A stretch of DNA of 64,000 nucleotides from Eutreptiella sp. 'Long Island Sound 2002' (lineage: Eukaryota > Protista > Euglenida), in contig OZ038378.1 in NCBI GenBank assembly GCA_964036045.1, positions 15,996,001-16,060,000 on the forward strand, in the 5' to 3' direction. The first letter of the stretch is position 1, and each line of letters begins with the position of its first letter. The notes under the pieces were generated by a model that was given only the letters and a program-made list of their open reading frames with translations, made no database searches and was not told where the DNA came from. Positions 39,954-51,735 of this stretch are shown piece by piece. The translations under genes and the position numbers were made by a program.

Positions 39954-40871
39954 GTTTAGCTTCCTGACAAGGGTCGTGAAGCAACGGATACTTAGCTACC
40001 ATATGACCCCCGTGACACAGGCCATACGGTCATCGCTCTTCCAAGTCCAGTGCTGAATGTCGCCTTGAGTTCGCCCAGCTGGGCTATCGAATGTTTCATA
40101 GGCTGGCTTGGGTTAGAACATGGCAGTTTACCTCACCCTCCCACTCTTTTGCGGCCTACACATCAGCTCACATTCACTGCTTCCCCCCTCTTCGCTCTCA
40201 CTCATCATCTCTGCATCAGTGCTGTCTGCTGTACTCCCTGCATCAGTGCTGTCTGTTTCACTGTCCACCGTGTCCCAATTCTCCTCTGGTTCTTCGTCCT
40301 GCTCGGGCATCTCCTCCAGCCCCAGCTCCCTCCACACTTCACTGGCCTCTTTCTCTCTGACTACCCCTGGCAAGGACAACTCTGCACCCCGCACAGCACA
40401 TTTATCTGCCTGCTCGTTGCCCTCTACTCCTGCATGTGACGGGACCCACTGGATAGAGACACTGTCCCCTAACAACTGCCAGCTCTGCCAGAGCTGCATC
40501 CACAGGTCACGGTGTGCCAGCGCGCCCCTCGACCCCACCCACGCATGCCTCTCCCACTTTGCACACTTGCCCTGCAGCCCTGCCCAGACAATTTCGGAGT
40601 CCGTCACTATATGTAACTTGATCCCTGGTGTTTTCCCCTGCACCGCTGCCAGCACTCCCCGCAGTTCTGCCCGTCCAATTGTTTGCTTTTCGTGGGCAGG
40701 AACTGCTGCCCGCACATTGCGCGGGTTACCAGCCGAATACCACACCCCATACCCTGCATGCGACACCCCTGCTGTCTCTGTCCGCGATCCGTCTGTATAG
40801 CATACTTCCCACCCATCCTTGAGCTTTTGATCTATTTCCCTCTGCTTTTCAGTTTAGCTTCCTGACAAGGG
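39954..40871 (-). mobile_element. Retroelement RNase H cassette bounded by 20-bp direct repeats
   Basis: GTTTAGCTTCCTGACAAGGG occurs at 39954-39973 and 40852-40871, enclosing the RNase H frame. Confidence 0.8.
40128..40853 (-). CDS. RNase HI-like domain (retroelement type) with acidic tail; no initiator ATG before the domain
   Basis: Open frame: CYTDGS...GYGVWY...GRAELRGVL...HIVTDSEIV...QWVPSHAGVEGNEQAD; all four catalytic D-E-D-D residues present. Confidence 0.88.
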   Translation of the reverse strand, partial: TEKQREIDQKLKDGWEVCYTDGSRTETAGVSHAGYGVWYSAGNPRNVRAAVPAHEKQTIGRAELRGVLAAVQGKTPGIKLHIVTDSEIVWAGLQGKCAKWERHAWVGSRGALAHRDLWMQLWQSWQLLGDSVSIQWVPSHAGVEGNEQADKCAVRGAELSLPGVVREKEASEVWRELGLEEMPEQDEEPEENWDTVDSETDSTDAGSTADSTDAEMMSESEEGGSSECELMCRPQKSGRVR

Positions 40872-43800
40872 GGGGGGGGGTGCGACCAGCCACATAGCGC
40901 CAAGGTAGCCACCAAGTTTAGAGGGTGGCCCAGGCATTATATATCGCATTGCTCCAAACAGGGGTAGTTATTTTTGATGCAGAATCTCGTCTTTATGAGC
41001 TTTGGATGAGTGAAATCATGTCTCCACACTATTGCGCTTGTGTTTGTTTGTTTACGTGCTCATGTTTAACGGCAAGAAATTTTGCCGTCAAGTTATCAAG
41101 TGTGAATATGGATCTAGCATGCCTATCTGTAACAACAAAGGGGACCTTGCTGCAACGGTTGATGGAATTTGTTTGCCGATTTCCACCTTGATTCTGGTAG
41201 AGGGGACAGGGAAGCATCTCAGCCGAGAGCGCCGAAGACGTAGGCGGAAAGTCCACACCTCCTCCTTAACCCCCCCACCAGCTGGTGACTCCGCACAAGC
41301 TCAGTGTCGCACACTGCTGCACACCGCCCACCTGCCTCTGGAGGGGGTCAATGTATGCAACGGTAGAGGTGGCACGGGGGGGGGGGGGGGGCTCGCAGTG
41401 TTTTTAGGGGAAAGGGGGAGGTTCTAAGTTCAGTACAGGAAAAAAAAACGAGGACAAGCGTGTTAACCATAACTCCCCCAAATGGTAAATGTATCGCCAG
41501 GAAAAGAAATCAAACCCCAGAAGCATGCGGGTGGTACAGTCTGATGCAGAGTACACCATCTGATGCACTCCATTCCATCGCAACCCCGGGCCCTTTTTTC
41601 GGACCCTGCTCAACCCAAAAGAAGATGTGGAACGCGTCACTGCACCAAATGCAGAGGGCGCTACCCTCTCGAATGCCCCCATTGTACCGTCGGTGTCGCT
41701 CAATTTTGCGGCGTACAGGAGGAGCAAAATTTGTAATACGGGTTGGGGGGGCAGGGTCAAGGCGTGCCAGTCCTCACAAGGGGGGAATGGTGAAGCAGAC
41801 CGGCCTACTAGCAGTTGAAAAAGCGGTGGGGAGGCAGATTGTGTCAGTTACATGACGCGGAAACTGTTGGGGGCAGACGAAGGCAGTCAGGGAACCAAAA
41901 GCCATCCCGATTGTGACTACCCCCACTCCTCCTCCAGCACAGCTCTGGCTGCCTGTTCCTGACCATTCGCAACAGAAAGGCAGAGTGCCAGAGTTTGGCT
42001 GATGTCCCCTGATCCTGCTCCCCTTACACAGGTACAGCTCAAAGCAGTCGACCAATTGACGGGCGGGAGCGCGCGGCCCCGCCCGTCAACTGCACACTGT
42101 CGTAAGAAGGTCGGTGGAGCCAAACTGGGTTTATGGGCAAACCTGGGTTTGCTCCGCTGGGCCAAAGGACGAGGGTACTTCTCGCAGTTGGAGAGGTCCC
42201 CAGAGAACTGTAGGAGACGTGTGTGCAAATCACCCGTGGCTCGGGGTTGTTCAGCGGGGCATGACACAGAGGCCAAGCCCGACAAACTACAAATTTCCTG
42301 GCGGCAGTCCTGGATGACGGGTTTTGCAAGGTTCCTCATGCCCCAGCTTACACCCGTGCGCACACAAGCACCAAGAGCAGCAAACATACCGCTGCCTCAT
42401 CACCTTGTTACACTTGGACTTGAACTGGGGTTGAGGTGAATGGGTGAAACATCTCAACGAAGAGCCCAACAGGCGTAGTTTGGCATCAAAGCAGCGGCTG
42501 TTGGTTGCACAGGTGTGCACGGGCCTCTCCCTGCCTGAGGGTTGAGGGCTGGACGTACACAGGGGGCTGGGGTCATATGGAGTGGGCTGGGGGTCACACA
42601 GATAACACAGATGGGGTTGGCATATCATGGCGTGGGCTAGGATCACATCGAGGTGGCATGGCTCATGTGGAGGGTATTGGTGTCATATGGAGGGGAGTCA
42701 AAAAAAAAAAAACAAGGAGGCACCCAGTTGTCTCGTCGACCCGCACCGCATCCTCGGGTGCCCCCCTCGTGACTCCCCATGCCCGACAACTTTCCGAGCC
42801 TCAGTCTTCAGGCACTCCAGCCCTCTCACCTCCTATGTTACAGATACACCCGTCACATTCTCCCGAACATTCTCCCGAACACATCACAGGCAGGGGTTAA
42901 GCTGCCAGAAGAATGAATGAATGAATGTAAAGGGTGTGTGGAGGGCTTCTAGCGACAGGCAGGGGGGCGTGGTCATATTGAGGGGGCTTGGGTCAGAAAT
43001 GGTGGTAGCGGTGGGTCAGATCAGGTCAGGTAGCACCAGAGCCATCATCCGTTGACCCGTCCAAGGGACGCCCAACAGCGGCATCTCCAGCCGGTACACC
43101 CCCAGCACACACACACACACCGGAAGCGGGACCGTCGGAGAGTAGTTGACATACACGATACGGCAACCCTCATGGAGAGCAGCGCCAGAGTACACCGGGC
43201 ATCGCCCCCCTGTCTCAACTTCCAGGCCTTCTTTCGCCCTCTTGGCACACCACACATCGCATGCTCTGCACAAAGCTCCTGTGGCCGCAAAATGATTCAA
43301 ATGCGCCCCGCCCCGGCCGGACCCTGGCCGCATCAGGAGGGTGGCGAGTTGACGTACACGGGGGTGCCCCTTTGCGCAATGTGCCATGTGCAATGCGCGG
43401 AGTGGGCACTGTGCGTGTGCGGCGCGCAGTGCAGAGGGGGGCGCGGTGTGCAGAGGGGGCGGTCCGCAGGGTACACAGTGCGCAGTGCGCAGTGTACAGT
43501 GCGGACAGCGGACTGCACCTGCTCGCCTCCGCAGGGGGTGTGACAGAAAAGGGGGACGAAGAGCCGCCGTGTGATCTACTTCGGGCGCACCCCACGTGGG
43601 GGCAAAGAGGGGGGACCAGCAAGACAGCCCCGGACCAGAAAAGGCGTTTGCATGACCGCGGGGCTGTGCCAAGCCCCTGCGGTCACATGCGATTGGTATT
43701 TGACGGCCAGGCCCACCCACTTCGGGACTCTGCAGTGGGACGTCCTGCCCAAATGGGGGGCAATGAACGGCCCGGCACAGTTCCAACGCTTTGGGTATTG

Positions 43801-44379
43801 GTATGTCAGGGGGTCTGGATGCGATGAAATGTGGCGTCAGGGGGGCCTCCCGAAGACTTGGCTTTGCTCGTGGATCCGCATGCCCAAGGGCTCTTGGGCT
43901 CGGGGCACCGGGAGGGGGTGACTCCCATGACGTCTTTTGTATTGGCTGGGGACCGAAGCGCATTCCATTGACGGGAAGACGCACCCCCTGAAGACTCGCA
44001 GACTGGGCCGGGGAAACACCCGGTGGCTCTAGGCCACCTCAGGGCTGATGGCGCAAGCAAAGGAGTGCGCCCTCTGGCCCCATTAAGTACATGGCTGCGT
44101 ATGGACCGGGGCAGAAATGGTGTGCAGTGGGACTGACATTTACACTAACCCATGAAGCTGTGCCTTTCCGCCGCTACCCCTGACACACACAAATGACCTC
44201 GATCACAAAGCAGGTCACACGGAACACAAAGCAGTGGACACCGGTTGCACTACACGGGACCCCACCAGCCGTCATGAGGCACACTTCAAAGGGGGCTCGA
44301 TCAACAGGCCCCCCCACCACCCAAATACCGACCCATCATTGTCCGGGGCACCAACGCTGGCCGCATTTGTGGAGAACTG

Positions 44380-44720
44380 CACGCGGCCCCGGTCCTTTCC
44401 GGCTGATTTGTGCGCAGTAACCACCGCACGCCTACTCTGGGGCCGGATGGGGGCGCATGGACGCGCCTCGTGAGGCGTGTGAGGGACTCTGGGTGAAGTG
44501 GGGGTTGTTGGGAGACAGCACGTCAGCTGAGTGGGTTCCGTCACACGTGGGAGGGGGAGGGGAAGGAAGGGGCGGACCGGCAGGCGGCACGGCAGGCAGT
44601 CAACACATTGCCATGAGTCCGCACACAGCGCCCGGCACAAGGCGTATGGGCGGAGGTGGGGTCTGGAAGAAATGTCCGAGTGCTCCAAAGGGAGCACGAG
44701 TGGGACTGGCTCACAATTGG
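44380..44720 (+). mobile_element. Decayed second copy of the RNase H retroelement
   Basis: WMGAHG...WGLLGDSTSAEWVPSHVGG...WGLEEMSE parallels WVGSRG...WQLLGDSVSIQWVPSHAGV...LGLEEMPE of the 40128-40853 frame. Confidence 0.65.
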
Positions 44721-45454
44721 ACCATATCGACCTCAAATTTTCGGCGCCGCGGGTCAAGCCAGTCCCTCTTCCGCAGCCCCCAGTTCCGGGCGGCTGTATG
44801 GCCCCTCCCCCTTCCCGGTCGAAGGCGTGTGCGTTCTTAGCGACCACAACGGGAAGCACAGTGGTACGTTCCCTCTCTGAATCGCGCTCGAGCATCAGCA
44901 AGCATCTGCTGATTGCTTGACCCGGCGTGATTTGTCACTACGGACTCTGGTTAGAAAATTGCACACAACACAGGCCGGAGGCTCCATCCCACGACCGTGG
45001 GCAGGCGCTGCGTGTGCCATGCACTGTCGGTGGTATATCCCTCTCTCGCTCCCTCCCTCGATCTCCCCCTGCCTCCACAACACACGCACGTGCTGTTTGT
45101 GTATTGTGTGTAGTGCGTCGTGTGGCGTGGTGTTGTGGGCGTCCATCGCAAATAGCGAGGCCGCGGGGCAGTAGGGCGTGCGCACTGAAGCGAAACATCG
45201 CCCAGTAGCCCCAGGGGGAATACAAAATGTGAGTTCACCTGTCCCCTCCCTCCCATGTGGGTGCCTGGGGGAGCGGGGGCGAGGGGACAGGGAAGCAACA
45301 CACAAAACTGGGGGGGCGGGAGGGGCGCTGGAGGTGGCAGAGCCTCTCGTGCCATCCCTTGGCCCTGTGTTGCAGTTCCACATCAATAGCGGTGGTGAGC
45401 ACCCTCCAAACTTCACGGGCGGAGTTGGGCGGGGGATCACTGCGCAGGTTGCCC

Positions 45455-45718
45455 TCAGTTCACCCCAATGCTGCTCACGTTCACGGAGGTGTCGTCGGAA
45501 GTTCGATAGAAGATGAGCTTGCCGTTGGGCCAGCGCAAGGGCAGGCGCACGAGCCAGAAGATCAGGTGCACCAGCACCAACAGAAATACGAAGGTGCAGA
45601 AGTAGATGACGAAGGACTTGCGGGTCCGCACGATTTTGGTGGGGCCACAGATGGAGAGCACGGCGGGCATGAACAGCATCATGCACACGACAGACATGAC
45701 GGAGGCCAGCAGCATCAT
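45455..45718 (-). CDS. Dispatched/Patched-like last exon (TM12 plus extra TM, TGA stop)
   Basis: MMLLASVMSVVCMMLFMPAVLSICGPTK...; AG acceptor at 45719-45720. Confidence 0.9.
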   Translation of the reverse strand: MMLLASVMSVVCMMLFMPAVLSICGPTKIVRTRKSFVIYFCTFVFLLVLVHLIFWLVRLPLRWPNGKLIFYRTSDDTSVNVSSIGVN

Positions 45719-47697
45719 CTGGAGGTGCACATGGAGATGTGCTGCACGGCTTAGGACAGGGGATGCAGGGCACGGGCAGGGGCAAGCGTCAGGGTCTCTC
45801 CACGTAGGCGTACGATGCCCGTGCCTGTGCATATGTGGATGCCTATGCCCGTACCCATGCCGATGCCCGGGCCTGCGCCCGTGCGAATGTTTGCCCCGGC
45901 GTGTGCCTCTGCTGATGGCCAGGCCGAAGCCTGTGCCTGTCGCTCGGGCCTGTGTTTGTGTCATCTCATGTCCATGCTGACACCAAAGCAGCGAGGGACG
46001 AGTGCCGCACGGGTGGTGAATGCATGGTGGACGAGCGGCGCAGGAGTTGTGAGGCCGGGACGCCACACCCTCCGGTGACGTTTCTTCAAAAACATCCGGA
46101 GCAGCGGAGAGCTACAGGCCCATGTGTGAAACTGTCTTTCAGATATGCGCCCTCCCATTGCCCTACTTCTTAAAGAGGGGATAGAGTGTGTAGTGGATGC
46201 CGTGGTACCGGAGGAATAGAGTAGAAATGTAGGCTGCGCGCTCGTGTGCCGCACGGCCAGTGGAGGAACCGGGGGGCGCAATGGGTCCAGGAAGGGTCCA
46301 GGAATGACGCGGGTGGCCGACTGGAGCCCCTTCGCACAGTGCACCCATGCATGCTGCGGCTTCCGCTTGCCCCCACTGGGTATCCACAGGAGCTGACTGG
46401 GGCTGAGGGGCAGGCACTCACACACAACACACACATTCACAGACACACTCACCTACTTACACATTTGCTCATGTGAAAATCCTGTTCACAGGTACAAACA
46501 AGTCGTATCTTGTGCTGTAAATGGAAGCGATACAACCACTGTACTTCAGAAAAGAGAAACAGATGAGCGATACGGTCGGAGTCGCAAGCCACAGTTGGGT
46601 CAAGAGGGATCCACAAGGGAGCAGTAAGCAAGCCCCAGATGTAGGGGTATTGGCCATGTCAGTGCCCACCCCTTCTTCAGTCCACCACATTTGCGGGCTA
46701 GAAGAGGCAAGCCTCAAAGCCCCCAGGCCTGCCTATGTAGCCTCTGCCAGGATTCAACTGGCGTTCCGTCCCACCTGGTGCAGAAATCGTTGAATCTCAT
46801 GAACAGCAGTCGACCCCTTCCCCAACCGCTCATGATGGAGCTTAAGGGGAGGACGGGACCTCTTCCAGCCCTCAACAACTGGAGAAGGCCCTTCCACCAG
46901 CGCTGATGGGCTACAAAGCACACAACTCCTGCCATATTGCTCTCCCATGAGAAGATAGGGGTTTCAAGGTAAGGGATTGTCCGCTTGATGTAAGCCATCT
47001 TGAGCCACCTCTCAAGACATTGAGAGATGAGGGATGCAACGCCTGTCCCTAGGCTGAGATTCTACGAGGATGATTGGGTGCAATTTCCAATGCTTGCATT
47101 TGTCAAACGAAGTAGTTTCTCATGAAGGAAACTTGCGGACCCTGTGTCGACCAGTTTGCCATTGGCGTTCATCAAGGATGTGTTTGCGCATCAACAAGGC
47201 AGATCGTTCTGTCCGAGGCCCATGAGGCACCTTGGGATGACCTTGATAGTCACACTTTTTTTGAGTCTTCTACTACCGCACTCGTGTATCCTTGAATACT
47301 CCTGGGGCGAAACCTCCTGTTTTTTTAGACGTTCAGAGAGAACTGCATTGAAGAACTGGAAGCGGGGGTGGCTGTTTGCGGGGTCACCGTCTCCACTTTG
47401 AAAACAAACCATGCGCTTTTTTGTGTGGTCCTCAATACAGGGCAGGGGATACATAACCAAGGTGCCACTTTGTGGCCTTGGTGTGGCAGGGCGCAGCCAA
47501 GTTTGAGATCCACTCTGTACTGGTACGGCAGGGAATAGGAAGCCAATGTTCCACTTTAGGACCCCAAAACTGGCTGGGTGGCAAAACAAAATAAAAATTT
47601 GCAATTACAACTTACATCTCAGGCATACAGACGTAATCACTCAGTCGCCACCAACGTTCACACTCCCACACACACGCACACAAACGCACCCACACAC

Positions 47698-48381
47698 CTG
47701 CCCCATCCGCACAAAGATCTGCATTTTGCAGAACAGCAGCAGCAAAGAGCACAGGATGACGCAGATGCAGCTGCCAGTCAGGGGGACCCCGGTCCTCAGA
47801 AGCATCCCCCGCATGCAGTTTTTGCGCTTCAGCGGCTCCGCCAGGAGGTGGGAGCGCGCGGAGTACACGAACTCAATGTAGCCCTCCATCATGTGCACAC
47901 TAAAGCTCGAGAGCATCCCAACGATCGCCGTGAGCGCCACAGCCTCCACAGAGCCGACAAACATGTCGAAGATGCACATCCACCCGACGATGATGCTGAC
48001 TGTCAGGAGCGTGGTGAAGCTGGCGATGATGGAGAGGGTGGGGCTGCTGCTGAACGCCAGCGCGAGGACGAAAGCGACAGCAACGCTGAAGAACACGCTG
48101 AAGATAGCAGTGTGCATCGAGATCACCTCCATGGCGGCCCGGTTCCAGTACTTGCTGGTCTGGATAAGCGACTTGCATGAGGGCGGCGCCTGGGAGGATA
48201 AGTGGCGCATCAGCGACTGCCATTTCTCCCACTCCTCCAGAATGGACTCGCGGTGGTCGTGCGTTGCGTTGACAGTGAACGTGTTCCGGATCCATCGCAC
48301 CTTGAGATCGGGGTGGTCAGGGTAGAAGTGGTTGAACGCCACGTGCTTCCATAAGGCACGCTCTTCGACGAACCGCCAGAC
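47698..48381 (-). CDS. Dispatched/Patched-like exon (end of luminal loop, TM8-TM11)
   Basis: VWRFVEER...AIFSVFFSVAVAFVLALAF...GSVEAVALTAIVGMLSSFSVHMMEGY...LLRTGVPLTGS; Patched-family GxxVDYxxH-equivalent position; AG/GT boundaries, 684 nt. Confidence 0.92.
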
Positions 48382-50437
48382 CTGATGGAGGGGTGGGGGA
48401 GGACGGGAAGGGAAGCGCACGGACAACAGGGACCCCCGGTGGGCACTGCTCTATTGGCAGCGCAACGAACCTCCGGCGCACAATCTGAGCAACATCCGGG
48501 AGACTGCGTGCAGGTGCAGTAGTATTAATAGGCCGCTCCACTGATTCTCAAAACTGTGCGGGAAGCCGCGACCTTCAATCGAAAATCGCGATTTATGGCC
48601 ATGTTTGCCATGACGCTTACTTCATGCGTTGGCAGTTCCGACTGTGACAGCACGTGCACGCAGTGCAGACTGTCCCCACCAGTTCCAGTGTGCCGTCAAA
48701 CAGCATGTATCACTGGCAGAATGACAAGGTCCCTCCCATGAATAAGTGTACTTCTCTGCTGTCTTTTGCATCAATGCTTGTGGCATCACCAATGGCAGTA
48801 GTTGATGGCTTCCAAGGCGCTGTCCCTGAGCTATCGGCCCTGTACCGCAATGCACCCGAACAGCGACCACAGACAAGTCCCTTTGGCTCTTCCTACGTCC
48901 CTCCTTCGTCTTTGCATTTTGTCCACGCACCCACAGAACACTCCCGCTCACCAAAGCCTGCACCATCCCTCAGCCCCCCACCCCCTCCGGGCAGCATTTG
49001 GCAATGGAATTTCTTTGCATTTCGTGACACTTTTTTTTGGGTGGGGCTTTTCGTGAGCACACGTTCGTGAAAGGCCTGGGACCCCCTCTCTTGCGTTCTG
49101 GTACAGCCGTAGGCTGCCACTTGACCCCCTTTTTGGACCGGCGGGGAGGACCCTCACCGCAGCTGGTGCAGGTCCCCTTGCGGACTCTGTGTTGCATCGG
49201 AGAGCGGCCGTGGCAGGCTCGCAGGATGCGCCCTCGCAGCTGGATCGATCCCACCGACTGCGAGCCGGCCGCCCATGGCCTACTCGCGTTCAGAATCGCA
49301 CACACGGACTGGCAATCACTCGCCTGTCCGCTGACCGCTGGAGTACAGCGGCATGGCAAAAGGTTTCTGTGGGTGTGTGCAGTCGTGCGGCCCGCTGTGA
49401 GCACTTTCTTCAACATCTGGCATGCAAAAGATTCGCACTTGGCAGCACTTGGCAGCAAAAAATAGTGCACTTGAGTGCCCGGCTATGCTCACCACCTCCC
49501 TCTTTTTCCCTGCCACTCGAATCTGAGACCCCTCTCTTGTGTGACATTCTGTCTGGTTGATGTTCCTTTACGGGGCCCTGGACAGTCACCCGTTCTTCCC
49601 TTCGCATGTTGCGTCGGGTTGCTGCTTTCTGTCGGCCGCTGCGGCCGGTGCTCTTGCTGGTGTCGTTTCCGCGTTCGCGGAGCCCAGTAGTTGGTGTGTT
49701 GGGGCTGTGCTGAATGTGGCATGGTGTGCCGTTTGCGTGTCAGCGGCGCCCAATAGTTGGCGTATTGAGGATGTGCTGGTTGTTGCCGGGGTCGTTGGAC
49801 TGTTTTTGCTGTCCACGCACCTCTGTCCACAGGCCGTCCATAGCCTGCCTCGCTGTGTTTCTGTGTGTGTGAGGCCCAGGTGCCCTGTTCCTCCACGCGC
49901 TGTCCTGGCCGTCTACCATATGTCCTTCTCCCCCTCACTGCTGGTCTGCCCCTGATGGGCTCCCGCTCCTGTTGCGCAAACAGCCCATCTAGGCTGCGGG
50001 AGACACTCCCCCACCTGATGCCGGTTGAGCAGGGGTTGCCCTTGGCACCAGGTAGCGACGGGGCTGGCTGGCCAGGCCATCCCCTTTGTTGTTGCTGCCT
50101 CCCCTGCGCACGCTCTCCCATCCCCTCCATTCTGGTTCCCTATTCCCGCTGTTCTGGGTGCCTCTCCTGCCTCGCTGTGCCCCTCCTCCTTGTCTGCTGT
50201 GCTCGCCCTTGTCCCTCTTGGTGTGGCTCCCGCGTTCTGTGCGTCTGTGTCGCTCCTCCCCCTGTCTGTTGGCGCTCCTGGGTGCCCCTGTTGCACACCC
50301 CCTCCTGTCCCACCCGCCTGCCCCCCTGTACAAGGATTTCACATCTCCGTACGAGGTGGACTGTCCTGTGCGCGGTTGGCTGGTCACGGCCCTGTTGCCA
50401 CCCCCGTGGCGGGCACCTCTGAGCGTGCGGGGTGCAA

Positions 50438-51735
50438 CAGGGCTTCTAGTATTTCCGTGATTGGCATGAAAAAATCCTTCCGTGATTTTCCGTGATTTTC
50501 CGTGATTTTCCGTGATTTTCCGTGGCATTTCCATGATATTTCCGTGGTTTTCAGTGGTGCTTCCGTGGTACAAAAATGTTCCTTATGCATCGCCTTTGCC
50601 TCACCTGGACACCCACAAGAGACGAAACAAAGCACATGACATTTGGGGTGGTCTACTGCCATTTGGTGAACCGTTCTTCAACATCTCCATTGCAAAACAT
50701 GGTCACACAAGCCTCACGCAGGTCCTTGCCCATGCTCTGCCTATTTTTAACATCAACCAGTCTAGCCAGACTAAATGACCGCTCGATTGCCGCGCCTGTG
50801 ACTGGGTACCACAAATATGGGGCCACGGCCTCCCACAAAACCGGAGGTCTTGACTGCCAAAATCACCTCGAAGAGAGGTTGTTAGATCAAGCGCAAGCGC
50901 GGGCGTCGTATACCCCCCTTTTTTGGGGTCATTCGCGTAGCATACCCCAAGGCATGATATTTGATGTCCAACCCCTTGTAAAATCATTATTTTGCCCAAT
51001 AAGACCATCCCCCAATGGATTTTTTGATTCTGGCGCCTCTATCCCTTAAAATTGGATAACACTTTTTTGAGGGGGGGGGGGGGTGGAGGGGGGGTCAAAA
51101 GTTTTCGATGAAAAGGCTCCAAGCAATGGGAGACACATCTGTGTCACATTCACCCCCGGTTGAATGGTAACGCACCCTGCTGCGGATTTTTCGGTCGGCG
51201 GTTTGAATCCTGGTGGGTGGACGCCGGCGGTGGCGCCGCCGCCGTATTGGCCGCACCAGGGTTCGGACCGCCGACCAAAATGTCTTCAGCCGCCTGCATT
51301 ACCATTCGGCCACCCTAACCCTAACCTGACACCAGGTATTCTCCCCATTGCTTGGACCCGTGTCTGCCACTGACAAAAGACCCAAAGTGTGTATTTCTGA
51401 CTGACTGACTGCTGGCCTGTCTTCGAGGTGCACTGCCGAAGGCAATAGAATTTGATAACATCCTTAGTATTGTGAATACTTGGGTAGTCACCCAAACGGT
51501 AGCGGCCAGAACTCAGTACGTCCGCTGAGGTCCCCAGTTTTGTAATACCTTTTTCCACACAAAGAAATACACACTCCAACACTTAGCAACTAGCAACAAC
51601 AATAGCAAACAATAGGAACTTTCATTTCCGTTTCCGTGCTTTTCCGTGAATTTCCGTGATTTCTGTGATTTTCAACGTTGGCCTATTTCCGTGATTTTTC
51701 GTGATTTTCCTGCCACGGAAATACCAGAAGCCCTG
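50438..51735. mobile_element. hAT deletion derivative (1298 bp)
   Basis: 22-bp TIRs CAGGGCTTCT(A/G)GTATTTCCGTG; subterminal (TTCCGTGATT)n arrays at both ends; imperfect target duplication GGTGCAA/GGTGCAG; the empty site is visible at about 1920-1935. Confidence 0.92.
50653..50838 (-). pseudogene. hAT transposase C-terminal dimerisation-domain fragment
   Basis: LWEAVAPYLWYPVTGAAIERSFSLA...NRQSM matches the hAT motif LxxPxxSxxxERxFS...R. Confidence 0.85.

Noticed and set aside
42002-44060. Long ORFs (e.g. 43016-43984, 322 aa)
   Set aside because: GC-rich low-complexity frames on both strands with no recognisable domain; probably a decayed retroelement upstream of the 44380 RNase H remnant.
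44895-46066. Plus-strand and alternative-frame ORFs overlapping the Dispatched-like exons (also 47578-48325, 52794-53365, 57489-58545)
   Set aside because: These are shadow ORFs of GC-rich coding exons; only the minus-strand frames form a coherent protein.
46450-47600. Possible RT-like remnant in a Dispatched-like intron
   Set aside because: No clear RT motif (no YxDD or QG) could be identified.
50477-50575. (TTCCGTGATT)n array as a CRISPR-like or satellite repeat
   Set aside because: There are no spacers, and it lies immediately inside a hAT TIR, so it is subterminal repeat DNA.
51313-51326. CCCTAACCCTAACC as an interstitial telomere
   Set aside because: Only about two units, embedded within a repeat element; too short to support.
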